Virus record (IMG/VR): IMGVR_UViG_3300010935_000101 | Location: 29,068 to 93,067 of that record | From: a virus | Length of the DNA stretch: 64,000 nt | Strand: one strand, 5' to 3' | Part shown: positions 9,577 to 19,500 of the stretch, piece by piece | Layout: each line of letters begins with the position of its first letter | Position numbering within the stretch: the first letter of the stretch is position 1 | Notes under the pieces: model-generated | Told to the model about the DNA's origin: nothing | What the model saw: only the letters and a program-made list of their open reading frames with translations | Database searches by the model: none | Program-made: the position numbers and the translations under genes

Positions 9577-9826
9577 AAAAGAGTTTATCAAGGCATTAGC
9601 CGAAAAGCAGGAAATAAGTCCAGCCAAAGCTGAGTATGTACTAGATGATATAAAAAGCATCTTAAAAACTGAGCTACTAGCAGGTAACAAAGTTGTGTTA
9701 GGATCTGATTTCGGTACTTTTAAACCAACAAACAGATCTGGTGTAGTCCCAACTACTGGAGCCAAATATAACAGCAAATCTGTCAAATTCGCAGTCAGTA
9801 AACCATTTAAGTGTGAGCTGAAGTAA
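9569..9826 (+). CDS. HU/IHF-like DNA-binding protein
   Basis: MTRKEFIKALAEK...KVVL..FGTF...VKFAVSKPFK. Confidence 0.8.
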   Translation: MTRKEFIKALAEKQEISPAKAEYVLDDIKSILKTELLAGNKVVLGSDFGTFKPTNRSGVVPTTGAKYNSKSVKFAVSKPFKCELK

Positions 9827-12051
9827 TGTCTAAGACAGCGCAATTAATGGCAGACGCCAAGTTTTACGAATCATACGCAAGGTATGATGATGTAGAGCAT
9901 CGATATGAAACTTGGAACGAAGCAGTTGCTCGTGTTATGGATATGCACAGAGCTAAATACTCTGACAAACTATCTAATAGCATAATCATAACACCATTTG
10001 AAGAGATAACCAAAAGTCTCGATTTGAACTCACTCGTAGATTTTGCACAGCAAGCTTACACAGACAAACTAACACTCGGAGCCCAAAGAGCTCTACAATT
10101 TGGGGGTAAGCAGTTACTGGCAAAAAATGCAAAAATGTACAATTGTACAGCATCTTACTGTGATCGTTCAGATTTCTTCAAAGAAGCTTTCTGGCTAATG
10201 CTATGTGGATGCGGAATTGGATTCTCTGTTCAGCACAGACATCTTGCAGGACTACCAGATATTAAACCCCGTACTAAACAAGCTAAAGCTTTCGTAGTTG
10301 ACGATTCCATCGAAGGATGGGCAGATGCTATTGGAGCATTAATGTCATCGTTCTTTGATGAAAGCTCTGAATTTGCAGGACGTAAGCTATACTTTGATAC
10401 CACAAACATTCGTAAGAAAGGCTCGGAAATTTCAGGAGGTTTTAAAGCACCTGGACCTGAACCCCTTGACAAAGCACTCAAACTGATTGAGAAACTTATC
10501 AAGGACGAACTAGCTAGTGGAGCTACTAGATTACGTTCAATTGTAGCATACGATATTTGTATGCATATTGCAGATGCAGTAATTTCTGGAGGTGTCCGTA
10601 GAGCAGCAACTATTTGTCTATTCTCACACGATGACTACGACATGATAACAGCCAAAACTGGTTCATGGTTTGTTGACAACCCACAACGTGGACGCAGTAA
10701 CAACAGTGCTGTACTACTTCGTGATTCAACACAGTTTGAAGAGTTTCAAGCAATCATGCAATCTGTACAACATTCTGGTGAACCAGGATTCGTATGGACC
10801 GATGATTTAGATATTCTGTTCAATCCTTGTGTGGAAGTTGGTATGTACGCATACACAGCTGACGGACGTTCTGGATGGCAGATGTGTAATTTAACTGAAT
10901 TAGCAGGAGCACGCTCCAATGATTTAGCAACTTTCTTAGCACAGTGTAAAGCCGGAGCAATACTTGGAACACTACAAGCTGGATATACAGATTTTAGCTA
11001 TTTAGCACCAGCAACTAAAGAAATTGTGGACCGTGAAGCGCTTATTGGTGTTGGTATAACTGGATGGATGAACAATCCTGATGTGCTATTTAATAAAGCT
11101 AACCAAAAACTTGGAGCAGAGACTGTTAAGTACTGGAACAAAGTTGTAGCTGAACTAATTGGTATTAACCAAGCAGCAAGAACTTGCGTTGTGAAGCCAA
11201 GCGGAAACGCTAGCGTCCTATTACAGTGTGCTTCTGGCATCCATGGAGAACACGCACCACGATACATCCGTCACGTTCAAATGAACAAAGAAGCAGAGGT
11301 CGGTAAGCTATTTTTAGAAACCAACCCAAGCATGGTGGAGGATTCTGTATGGACTGATTTGGACTATGTGATTGGATTCCCAATTGAACCTAAAGAGGGC
11401 AGTATCTACAAAGCAGACTTACTTGGGGTCAAACAACTTGAGTATGTGAAGAACGCACAGGACAATTGGATTGAACACGGTACTAACAAGCACTTGTGTG
11501 TCAAGCCATTCTTGAAGCACAATGTATCTAACACCATAACAGTCGACGACTGGGACGAAGTTACTAAGTATATTTTTGAAAATCGCAATTCACTTTGTGG
11601 AATTTCACTACTATCCGCAGCTGGCGACAAAGCCTACCCACAAGCACCATTCACTGAAGTTCTCACACATAAACAGATAGTAAACTTGTACGGGGAAAAA
11701 GCATTATTCACCTCTGCACTTATCGAAGCTGGATTAACAGCATTTAATAACGATTTGTGGACGGCAATTTCGACTGCACTTGGAGAAGGTGAGCAACTTA
11801 CGGATGGTAGCAAAGACTTACATAAGAGGGACTTTGTTCGCAGATTTCACAAGTTTGCAACTAGTTTTAACTCTAATGAGCAATGTGCAAACTGTCTCAA
11901 GGATGTCTACAATCTTCACAAATGGTGGAAAATCACATCATCTGCTAAAGATATTAACTGGACAACAGACCTAGGAAAGAAGGAATTTGTTGATGTTGAT
12001 ACACTTGGGAGTCAAGGCTGCAGTGGTGGCGCCTGTGAGATAACATTTTGA
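9826..12051 (+). CDS. nrdJ: Ribonucleotide reductase, class II monomeric (B12-dependent) type
   Basis: YNC, NPCVE, CNLTE, VKPSGNAS and C-terminal CSGGAC pair; no beta subunit adjacent. Confidence 0.75.
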   Translation: MSKTAQLMADAKFYESYARYDDVEHRYETWNEAVARVMDMHRAKYSDKLSNSIIITPFEEITKSLDLNSLVDFAQQAYTDKLTLGAQRALQFGGKQLLAKNAKMYNCTASYCDRSDFFKEAFWLMLCGCGIGFSVQHRHLAGLPDIKPRTKQAKAFVVDDSIEGWADAIGALMSSFFDESSEFAGRKLYFDTTNIRKKGSEISGGFKAPGPEPLDKALKLIEKLIKDELASGATRLRSIVAYDICMHIADAVISGGVRRAATICLFSHDDYDMITAKTGSWFVDNPQRGRSNNSAVLLRDSTQFEEFQAIMQSVQHSGEPGFVWTDDLDILFNPCVEVGMYAYTADGRSGWQMCNLTELAGARSNDLATFLAQCKAGAILGTLQAGYTDFSYLAPATKEIVDREALIGVGITGWMNNPDVLFNKANQKLGAETVKYWNKVVAELIGINQAARTCVVKPSGNASVLLQCASGIHGEHAPRYIRHVQMNKEAEVGKLFLETNPSMVEDSVWTDLDYVIGFPIEPKEGSIYKADLLGVKQLEYVKNAQDNWIEHGTNKHLCVKPFLKHNVSNTITVDDWDEVTKYIFENRNSLCGISLLSAAGDKAYPQAPFTEVLTHKQIVNLYGEKALFTSALIEAGLTAFNNDLWTAISTALGEGEQLTDGSKDLHKRDFVRRFHKFATSFNSNEQCANCLKDVYNLHKWWKITSSAKDINWTTDLGKKEFVDVDTLGSQGCSGGACEITF

Positions 12052-12542
12052 CTTTTGACAGATGGATATCAACACACACAAAGAAAAAAAATAAGATATT
12101 ATTAAAACTAGTAGGTAAAACTGATGTAGAGATAGTTGAGTATTTTAAGTGGGATAACATGGTTCTAACAGAACCTAAATACTGTGAATTATACGCAACT
12201 AAAAGTAAGTGCCACATAGTAGACAGCTTAAACTGTCTACTATGTGGATGTCCTTTCTTCAAAGTAACACCAGAAGAAGATCTCAGTACAACAGGCATGC
12301 TAGTCATGAGTAGTTGCTCAATAAACTCCAAATATGTGGACATCTTCAATTTCACTAATGATGATGGACGTGTATGTAGTCAATGTGATTGTACTAATTG
12401 CTCAATTAACCATACCGATAGCTTTGCTCTCAACTCATTAAGAGCAGATAACCCTGATTTCTGTAATGATACGTCCAGCTTTTTGGAACATTTAAGGGCA
12501 TATCAATTTTCAGAAATATTAGGAAAGTACAAATTATTTTGA
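12048..12542 (+). CDS. Cysteine-rich small domain (zf-like) protein
   Basis: YCELY..KSKCH...LNCLLCGCPFF...CDCTNCSINH. Confidence 0.6.
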   Translation: MTFDRWISTHTKKKNKILLKLVGKTDVEIVEYFKWDNMVLTEPKYCELYATKSKCHIVDSLNCLLCGCPFFKVTPEEDLSTTGMLVMSSCSINSKYVDIFNFTNDDGRVCSQCDCTNCSINHTDSFALNSLRADNPDFCNDTSSFLEHLRAYQFSEILGKYKLF

Positions 12543-12607
12543 ATAATTACACAATGACATTCGCAGGCTTCGTGCCTACTGATGAACTTGAACAACAAGG
12601 AACTTTA

Positions 12608-13261
12608 ATGAGCACAAAAAAACTATATGATATAGTCTATATAGATCCACCTTGGCAATTTAATGCCAGGAACAACACTGGAACATCATTTGGTGGAGGT
12701 GCAATGGCACATTACCCAACAATGCCAATGAAGGAAATTTCTAACTTGGATTTTACCAAAATTATGAAACCTAATGGACTTATGTACTGTTGGGTAACGT
12801 TAGCTAAATTAGACCAGTGCATAACAGCAATGGCTAAGAAGAACTTAGTCTATGTAACTACCGGATTTGTTTGGATTAAAACTAACAAGAAGGGTACTTT
12901 AGCACCCACATCAAACAAGTTGTCAGTTTTTGACAAGAATGAATATAGAAATGTATTTTACGGAGTAGGCAACTATACAGCTTCCAATGCCGAGATTTGT
13001 TTAATATTCCGTAAAGGTAGAATGGTTAAGCACAAAACCAAGGTTTCCCAAGTAATAATTTCACCACTTGATGTGCATAGTAAAAAACCACAAGAAGCTA
13101 GAGATTTACTAAACATTATGTATCCTTCACCAGAATTTGACAAGATAGAGATATTCGCTAGGACAGAAGCAACTGGATTTGACATTGTGGGTAACCAGTC
13201 TAACAACATAGATATAAGAGACTTTTTAGCATCTTATACTGAGGAGAACTTTAATGACTAA
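12608..13261 (+). CDS. MT-A70-family N6-adenine methyltransferase
   Basis: YDIVYIDPPW, HYPTM, HSKKP, KIEIFAR, GNQ; start at ATG 12608 by AAGGA RBS. Confidence 0.85.
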   Translation: MSTKKLYDIVYIDPPWQFNARNNTGTSFGGGAMAHYPTMPMKEISNLDFTKIMKPNGLMYCWVTLAKLDQCITAMAKKNLVYVTTGFVWIKTNKKGTLAPTSNKLSVFDKNEYRNVFYGVGNYTASNAEICLIFRKGRMVKHKTKVSQVIISPLDVHSKKPQEARDLLNIMYPSPEFDKIEIFARTEATGFDIVGNQSNNIDIRDFLASYTEENFND

Positions 13262-13601
13262 GCAATTAACCATTAACCAATTTAGAGAATGGTATGATGA
13301 ACTTCCAATATTAGCTTATGGGGAACTTAGCAATGAAGATGTACTTTCAGCATTCAAGCAAATATTAATTTGGAAGTCTGAGGGCAGATTTATCTCAGGA
13401 CCAGGAGCCAACCCAGAACATGACATACCTAAGTCAGCACATAACTTTACTGTTACTGAGTATTGGTTATATCTAGGATTGCTTACTGACTGTATTGAAT
13501 ACGGTTCATCTCCTCGTGGAGCTTGGTTAACTGATTTTGGTAAACAACTACTTGAGTTTTTGAACTCAGGCAAACATTTAGAATATTTGGAGGAAAATTA
13601 A
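13254..13601 (+). CDS. Hypothetical protein
   Basis: GGAG RBS; EYGSSPRGAWLTDFG motif. Confidence 0.7.
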   Translation: MTKQLTINQFREWYDELPILAYGELSNEDVLSAFKQILIWKSEGRFISGPGANPEHDIPKSAHNFTVTEYWLYLGLLTDCIEYGSSPRGAWLTDFGKQLLEFLNSGKHLEYLEEN

Positions 13602-14212
13602 TGAAACCCTTAGTTATTCAACTATTAGGCCAGGCTCGATCTGGCAAGGATTGGACAGCAATTCAACTTAAGCACTACTTTGAATCTCAAGGTAAGTCTG
13701 TTGAAATTATGTCCTACGCAGCCCCAATGAAACGTATCACAGCGGCTTTATTTGGAATTTCCTTGGACAAATTGGATGATTTTAAAAATCGTTCTAATGA
13801 TGTGATTATAGAAGCTCACGACTATACTGATAGAGCAAGAATGGGTGTAACAAAAGTAGTGAATACCAATTTCAGAACTTTTCTTCAACGCCTAGGCAAT
13901 GAAGCAATGAAGCCTGAATTTGGAGATGCTGTTTGGGCCTCTTTAGCAAAAGCACAAATGGCTAAGTCTCCAGCAGATGTATTTATTATGCCTGACTGTA
14001 GATTTAATGTGGAACTAAGCACTTTTCCAGAAGCAGTTACTGTACGTGTAGTTAACGAATCGTTACCAGCACCAATGCAGCATGCTTCGGAACTTGAGTT
14101 GATGGACACCAAGACTGATTTTATACTAGACAATACGAACCAATGCGCAACTAAAACTTGTGTTGCAAGTTTGGGATATTCAATTTTATTAAAGGAACAA
14201 GCATGCAAGTAG
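13601..14212 (+). CDS. Deoxynucleoside monophosphate kinase
   Basis: GQARSGKD P-loop, SYAAPMK, RTFLQRLG, PDCRF, HASE motifs of T4 gp1-like kinases. Confidence 0.85.
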   Translation: MKPLVIQLLGQARSGKDWTAIQLKHYFESQGKSVEIMSYAAPMKRITAALFGISLDKLDDFKNRSNDVIIEAHDYTDRARMGVTKVVNTNFRTFLQRLGNEAMKPEFGDAVWASLAKAQMAKSPADVFIMPDCRFNVELSTFPEAVTVRVVNESLPAPMQHASELELMDTKTDFILDNTNQCATKTCVASLGYSILLKEQACK

Positions 14213-14796
14213 ACTTATTGTACAACACACCATTGGATTTAATTAACTCTGGTATACGTATGTGCTGGAACTCCGAGTGCAAATCTGATGATAATGGACC
14301 AATAGATCAGGCTTTGAATGTGCGGATAGCAAATAAGCTTAAACATTCCTCAGTACTGAGGCATTCTATGTATACATTTCGTATTACAGCCTCAACAAAG
14401 ACTCTATTAGCATTTACCAGACACCATGCTGGAGTGGAATTTTCTGTGCAATCAACTAGGTACACAACAAAGAAACGTGCTGACCAACTTGAATTTACAG
14501 AAACACAAAACCCAACTATTAATGGGTATTTGACTACTATTATGGAAATAATACAATTAGCTGTAGCTTCTGGGGCATCTAATGATGATATTGCTATGTT
14601 ACTACCACAGGCATATAACTATACTTGGCAAGTTACTATGAATGCCCAATCCATTCAGCATTTTTTGAAACTTAGACTTTCTTCACATGCACACTATGAC
14701 ATACGGGCAGTAGCAAATGCTATTTACGAAGTTTTACCAGAATCCCATAAATATCTGTTTTCAGACTGCATTTCGCAGAATGTTCAACCAAATTAA
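14203..14796 (+). CDS. thyX: FAD-dependent thymidylate synthase (divergent)
   Basis: HSSVLRH, RHH..FSVQSTRY, LPQA..TMN..HFLKLR; start at ATG 14203. Confidence 0.8.
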   Translation: MQVDLLYNTPLDLINSGIRMCWNSECKSDDNGPIDQALNVRIANKLKHSSVLRHSMYTFRITASTKTLLAFTRHHAGVEFSVQSTRYTTKKRADQLEFTETQNPTINGYLTTIMEIIQLAVASGASNDDIAMLLPQAYNYTWQVTMNAQSIQHFLKLRLSSHAHYDIRAVANAIYEVLPESHKYLFSDCISQNVQPN

Positions 14797-14810
14797 CTAA
14801 AGGAGTTTCT

Positions 14811-15260
14811 ATGAAACAACAAATTTACAAGTCAGTATTTACTACTGGACCAGAAGCAACAAAAAGACAGCAAATGTTATTTGCTGCAGACACACAGTTC
14901 GCTGTAGACGAGGGATATGGATTTATCACAGATTCTGAAGGATGTACTTTTAAGATAATTAATGCTAAGAATTTAGTAGAAGTTGAACTCACTGAAGAAG
15001 AATTACTTCAGGAACCAACTGAAACTGCATTAGATCCACAAGAGCTTATTGACGCAGCCAATGAGCTTATAAACCTGTGTAGATCTAGTGAACTGGAACC
15101 TGAGGATTGTGATGCCCCAGAATTCCTTGATAATCAAGCAGCAATAGCAGAGATAATCAACAACACACTGAACCAAGTTGAGCCTTTAAGAGCTGATCAA
15201 ATAAACTCTTTACTGAAACTAGCAGCTCTTGCTGGTGAATTGAAGGAATTAGGATTATGA
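14811..15260 (+). CDS. Acidic hypothetical protein
   Basis: AAGGAG RBS, 149 aa. Confidence 0.7.
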   Translation: MKQQIYKSVFTTGPEATKRQQMLFAADTQFAVDEGYGFITDSEGCTFKIINAKNLVEVELTEEELLQEPTETALDPQELIDAANELINLCRSSELEPEDCDAPEFLDNQAAIAEIINNTLNQVEPLRADQINSLLKLAALAGELKELGL

Positions 15261-15646
15261 AACCATTAGTGGAAATTATGAAACTGAACCAGAATCGTTA
15301 TGGAACTACATTCAATTACCCAAGAGCAGTTGAAAAACTGTCTGAAGAGATAGATGAATTTGCCTATGGATTTGAAAGAGCAGACACTCATGAAATGGTA
15401 GACGCACTTGCTGATTTAATCGTAATAGCAACTGGAGAACTAGTCAAGCTTGGGTTTAACCCAGAACTATGTTTGAAGCAAACTGTTAAGGAAATCTCTA
15501 GTAGAGAGCAATTACCTGCACAAGCTTTAGCCTGGGCAGCTAATGACAAAGTAGTTGGCGAGAAATGGTTGAAGAACCCTGATCAGAACCCAGCAACTTT
15601 ATATCAAGCAGATTACTCAACTTGTAAACTAAAGGTTATTCAGTAA
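15257..15646 (+). CDS. MazG-like NTP pyrophosphohydrolase
   Basis: EEIDEF...EMVDALADL acidic helix motif. Confidence 0.7.
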   Translation: MKPLVEIMKLNQNRYGTTFNYPRAVEKLSEEIDEFAYGFERADTHEMVDALADLIVIATGELVKLGFNPELCLKQTVKEISSREQLPAQALAWAANDKVVGEKWLKNPDQNPATLYQADYSTCKLKVIQ

Positions 15647-15651
15647 TTAAC

Positions 15652-15673
15652 AGAGCACTCTTCGGAGTGTTCT
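15652..15673 (+). terminator. UUCG hairpin terminator
   Basis: AGAGCACTC-TTCG-GAGTGTTCT just after stop; near copy of the 4711 hairpin. Confidence 0.6.
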
Positions 15674-15705
15674 AACTAATTACCAAATTTTACGAAGGAC
15701 TTATT

Positions 15706-16047
15706 ATGAACCCATTTATTGACCAATTTGAGGCTATGAATTCACATTCGGAAATCTCACAGGAAGAAGAAATAGAACTAGTTGAACATTTATTCGCTAG
15801 CTTTAAATACAATAGTAGTGATAACTATTGCAGAACTCACATTTCTACAGACGATGCTGCTGGAATAGCATTCGCTAACCCAACAGTTTGCAGCGATTAT
15901 TTTGAATTGGAGGGAATTGAACCTGACCTAATCGCGGATTGTGTTTTACCAAAAGATTTAGCTCATTATTTAGCGTTTGAACAACCAGACAAAGCAACTG
16001 AACTATTCAACGAATTACTTTATTACCACAAAGTGGGACGTATATAA
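15706..16047 (+). CDS. Acidic hypothetical protein
   Basis: AAGGA RBS, 113 aa. Confidence 0.7.
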   Translation: MNPFIDQFEAMNSHSEISQEEEIELVEHLFASFKYNSSDNYCRTHISTDDAAGIAFANPTVCSDYFELEGIEPDLIADCVLPKDLAHYLAFEQPDKATELFNELLYYHKVGRI

Positions 16048-16274
16048 TGTTAATGTTAGCCGCAGTAATTGCAACTGTATTCAACATAGTCATCTTAATA
16101 ATCAAATTCAAGCGCAGGCGTTACGAAGATGCAACATTGGACTCATTACTCCTTGTTGGTGTTTTCTACGTCCTGAGGGGCTCTGAACAAATGTTATTGA
16201 TTGGCATATTCAGCTCACTTTGCATTTCAATTTATCTGTGGTTTTCACCACCGAACTTTAGGAGTTTATTATGA
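16047..16274 (+). CDS. Small membrane protein
   Basis: Three hydrophobic stretches; TAATG overlap. Confidence 0.65.
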   Translation: MLMLAAVIATVFNIVILIIKFKRRRYEDATLDSLLLVGVFYVLRGSEQMLLIGIFSSLCISIYLWFSPPNFRSLL

Positions 16275-16426
16275 AAGACATATCAATTATAGCTTGCTGT
16301 TTAGTATTGATAGCAGCAGGCTTTTATGCATTTCAGTTTTTAATTCTAGGAATTGTAGGGTTAACCATCTATTGGAGCCTGCCCGTTATCCGATTTATTT
16401 TAATAAGGAGGCCCAAATGGAAATAG
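16271..16426 (+). CDS. 51-aa membrane protein (not in ORF track)
   Basis: AGGAG RBS; MKDISIIACCLVLIAAGFYAFQFLILGIVGLTIYWSLPVIRFILIRRPKWK. Confidence 0.6.
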   Translation: MKDISIIACCLVLIAAGFYAFQFLILGIVGLTIYWSLPVIRFILIRRPKWK

Positions 16427-16506
16427 TAGCACTGGTGGCATTAGTGATTTTTCTCTATTGGAGAGAGGAACAAACTGATCCATCTACAGATGAACTAGCC
16501 GAATAG
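16417..16506 (+). CDS. 29-aa single-pass membrane peptide
   Basis: AAGGAGG RBS; MEIVALVALVIFLYWREEQTDPSTDELAE. Confidence 0.55.
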   Translation: MEIVALVALVIFLYWREEQTDPSTDELAE

Positions 16507-16514
16507 CTAGTTCA
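16491..16514. terminator. Hairpin between convergent gene blocks
   Basis: TGAACTAGC-CGAATA-GCTAGTTCA, 9-bp stem. Confidence 0.55.
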
Positions 16515-16518
16515 CTCT

Positions 16519-19500
16519 TTAATTGAACCTTACAATACTTGATATATCTGGTATTAAATCAAGGATATTTGGCTGTAGGATCTCTCCTGGGGCATTATCC
16601 ATCATCCAACGATAACTCACACCATCCACCCCAGTACGTAAATATGTATCGAATGGATCTTGAAAGTCAATACCTGTTAACTGTTGAGTTCCTTGCATTA
16701 ATAGGGACTTAGTCGGATTTCTTTTTACCATTGAGGTTAATGCTTTAGCTTGGCTCAAGTAGTACTTCATAAAGAACAACCCACCAACTCTCTCAGCGTA
16801 TTTCCACCATCTGTTCATGGTATATCCATAGTTCACCAACAACTGATCCAAATAATTTAGTATTTCTTTTTCAGTTTTGGATGTAATCTTACCATCTTTC
16901 TTAATTGCTTTCTCTTCTAACTCTTCTTTAATTATCTGTCTAGTAATTGCATCTCCATAATGCACTGTTTTCAATAGAGTGCCATACAGCGCACTTGTTT
17001 TATTAATATACGCTACATTTCGGATATTATCTATCGCACCTTTCCAATTCTTTTTCTCTATATATGTATTTACCATTGTTAATAGTTGCCCTTCACCTTG
17101 ACCCTCTATGTTGATATCCTCAACCAGTGCGGTATATTGACCATCCTTCACCAACTCATCCCATACATTACCCTCTAATTGTCTCTTTAACTGTTTTATT
17201 CTATTCTCAACTTCTTCACCAGCCATTCTTTTAACTTCTAGCACAGCAAGTTGTTGTGACTTTTTGTTGTAGTCATCCAAATCATCCCATCTCTGTTTGA
17301 ACTTCTTTGTATACTTTATTGGGTCTATCCCATGTGTCATTGCAACTATTGCATTTGATGTCTGGTTACCAGCAAGGACATCGAAATTTAACACAACCAT
17401 AGCATTCTTTACATACCTCAGGACCTCACTCAAATATGACTCCAACGCCATTAATCTAGCTCTTGCTACTGGGTATTTTCTTATGTCCAACCCAAACTTT
17501 ACAAAATTTCCAATTGTTACATCTTTTTCACCAGTCATTAATTCCACGTAATCTTTGTGAATCATTATGCCTTTAGCGCCAATCCTCTTGAATATGTAGT
17601 CCTTTGTATGGTCTGGCAAGTATTCCCATTTATCATGTCTCTTCTCACGTTTAACCCCATTCTTTTTATCTTCATCCGTGTACTCTTCAACTAGCACATA
17701 ATCTTCTGGTCTTTCTGATATTCCCTTTGCACTATGTTCTATTATTGTGTCTACTACTCTTTTATTTTCTGTTGCTGTCAAGGTTGTTTTGATACTTCTA
17801 CTGAATGTATTACTCATTACATCTGCCAACTCAGTTTTTCTATCTGGCAAGTGCAACTCTTTCTCCAATTTATTCAACTGTATTCTATAGTCAACTATTT
17901 CATTTTTGTGGTCGTACACTGGTATTAGTGTTTGTCCAACTCCTAGTGAGAATTTTTTTATTGTATCAGCATCATTATTGTTGATAGCATTAATTACATT
18001 TTTTGTTTTTCTTCTCAACTCACCATCTATTAACCCTACTTTACCTTTTAGCTCATTATTTTTTCTTACCAGTGAACTCACCGGTATACCTTCAGCCGTA
18101 TGACTAATTAACCCAATTGCACCCTCATTGAACCCAACTGACTTCACCATTCCTGTCATTAAGAAGTATTTCTTACCCTCTACTATTGCGTAGGGTTCGA
18201 TTTCTACCAAGTGCATTTTAATGCTCTGTTGAGCCTTTACCTCTTCTTCTGGTATCAACTCGTACTTTACCAATCCATCTTTTGGTCTTGTGTACCCTTT
18301 TGACACTGGATTATTAGCACCAATTGTTGCATCAGCAATCATATTATCCATATAACTTCTATACAAATGTATTGTTTTATCTAGCACATCCCTATCCAGC
18401 TTTGCAACTGCTTCTAGTTGTGTCTTATCACTTTTTTGCAGAACCTTCAAAGACACCAACTGATCAATCATCTTGACTAGTTCCTTATCTGGGCTCTTGT
18501 GTTTCTTAGACTGCACATGCAATCTTGCTGCTATGTTGTGTGCATTGATTTGCTGGTTGTGTACTGTTGTCTTACCTGTCACCAAGTAATCAGCTAATCC
18601 GTCTATCTGCTCCATTAGTATTCTATTTTGCTCTGCTGCTTTTGGTGCATGTTTTTCATTTCTTTCTTCTGCGGTGTATTTAACTTCTGCACTAGTAACT
18701 TGTTTTATCAACTCTTTTACTTTTGCTTTTACTTTGTCACCATCATTGATGTATGCTTTTAACTCGTCCACTCCGAACTGGGCCAAGTCACCTTCTAGCA
18801 CCACTCTAGTTACTGCTTTCTTAGTTGACTCATCTACATCTTTGTACAATTCATCAGCAACTTGTTTAACCCCATCCCTAATTTTTCCGGTGTGCTTTTC
18901 TACTACCTGCTTTGCTTGGCGGAACACCATGTACATGTCTGCGGCATCTACTGATGTTGTGTCCTGTGTTACCATTCTCCATAAGTACTGGCTAATTCCT
19001 GTTTCTACTAGGTCATTTAGTATTGGTATTTTCTTTATGTGATTTGCTAACCACTTGGCACTGTGCTTTGCACTTAGTTTTTGACTCCACTCTTCAGCTT
19101 TATCTATAGCAGGTTTTAGTGCTTCATCTAGTGCATTTATTTTCACCTTGGCGTAATCACTCATTCCCTCTGGGGCATTTTCTTTCTTATATTTAGCCTC
19201 TAGTGCTTCTGCATCTAATTTTGCTATGGTTTTTACCATATCAGCAATCATTTGACCACCAGTATCTCCTCTACCTGTTAATGTCCTCCACTGGTCATTA
19301 ACTATCTTTATCAGTATGTTTAACACTTTCTTGAAAGGCTCTCGTTTATTTGGGTCCATCTTTAGTTGTCTTATTAGTGGTGTTGTTATTTTTACATCTT
19401 TTATTGCATTATACACTTGTTCATTTGTAGTTGCATATGCGTAGAACTCTTCTGGATCTGCTGTTTTATCGAATGTGTATTCAAACTTCATCTTAGCTAT

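Noticed and set aside
9826-12051. Intein or intron in the RNR, or a missing class I beta subunit
   Set aside because: Length and motifs fit an uninterrupted class II enzyme with a C-terminal Cys pair
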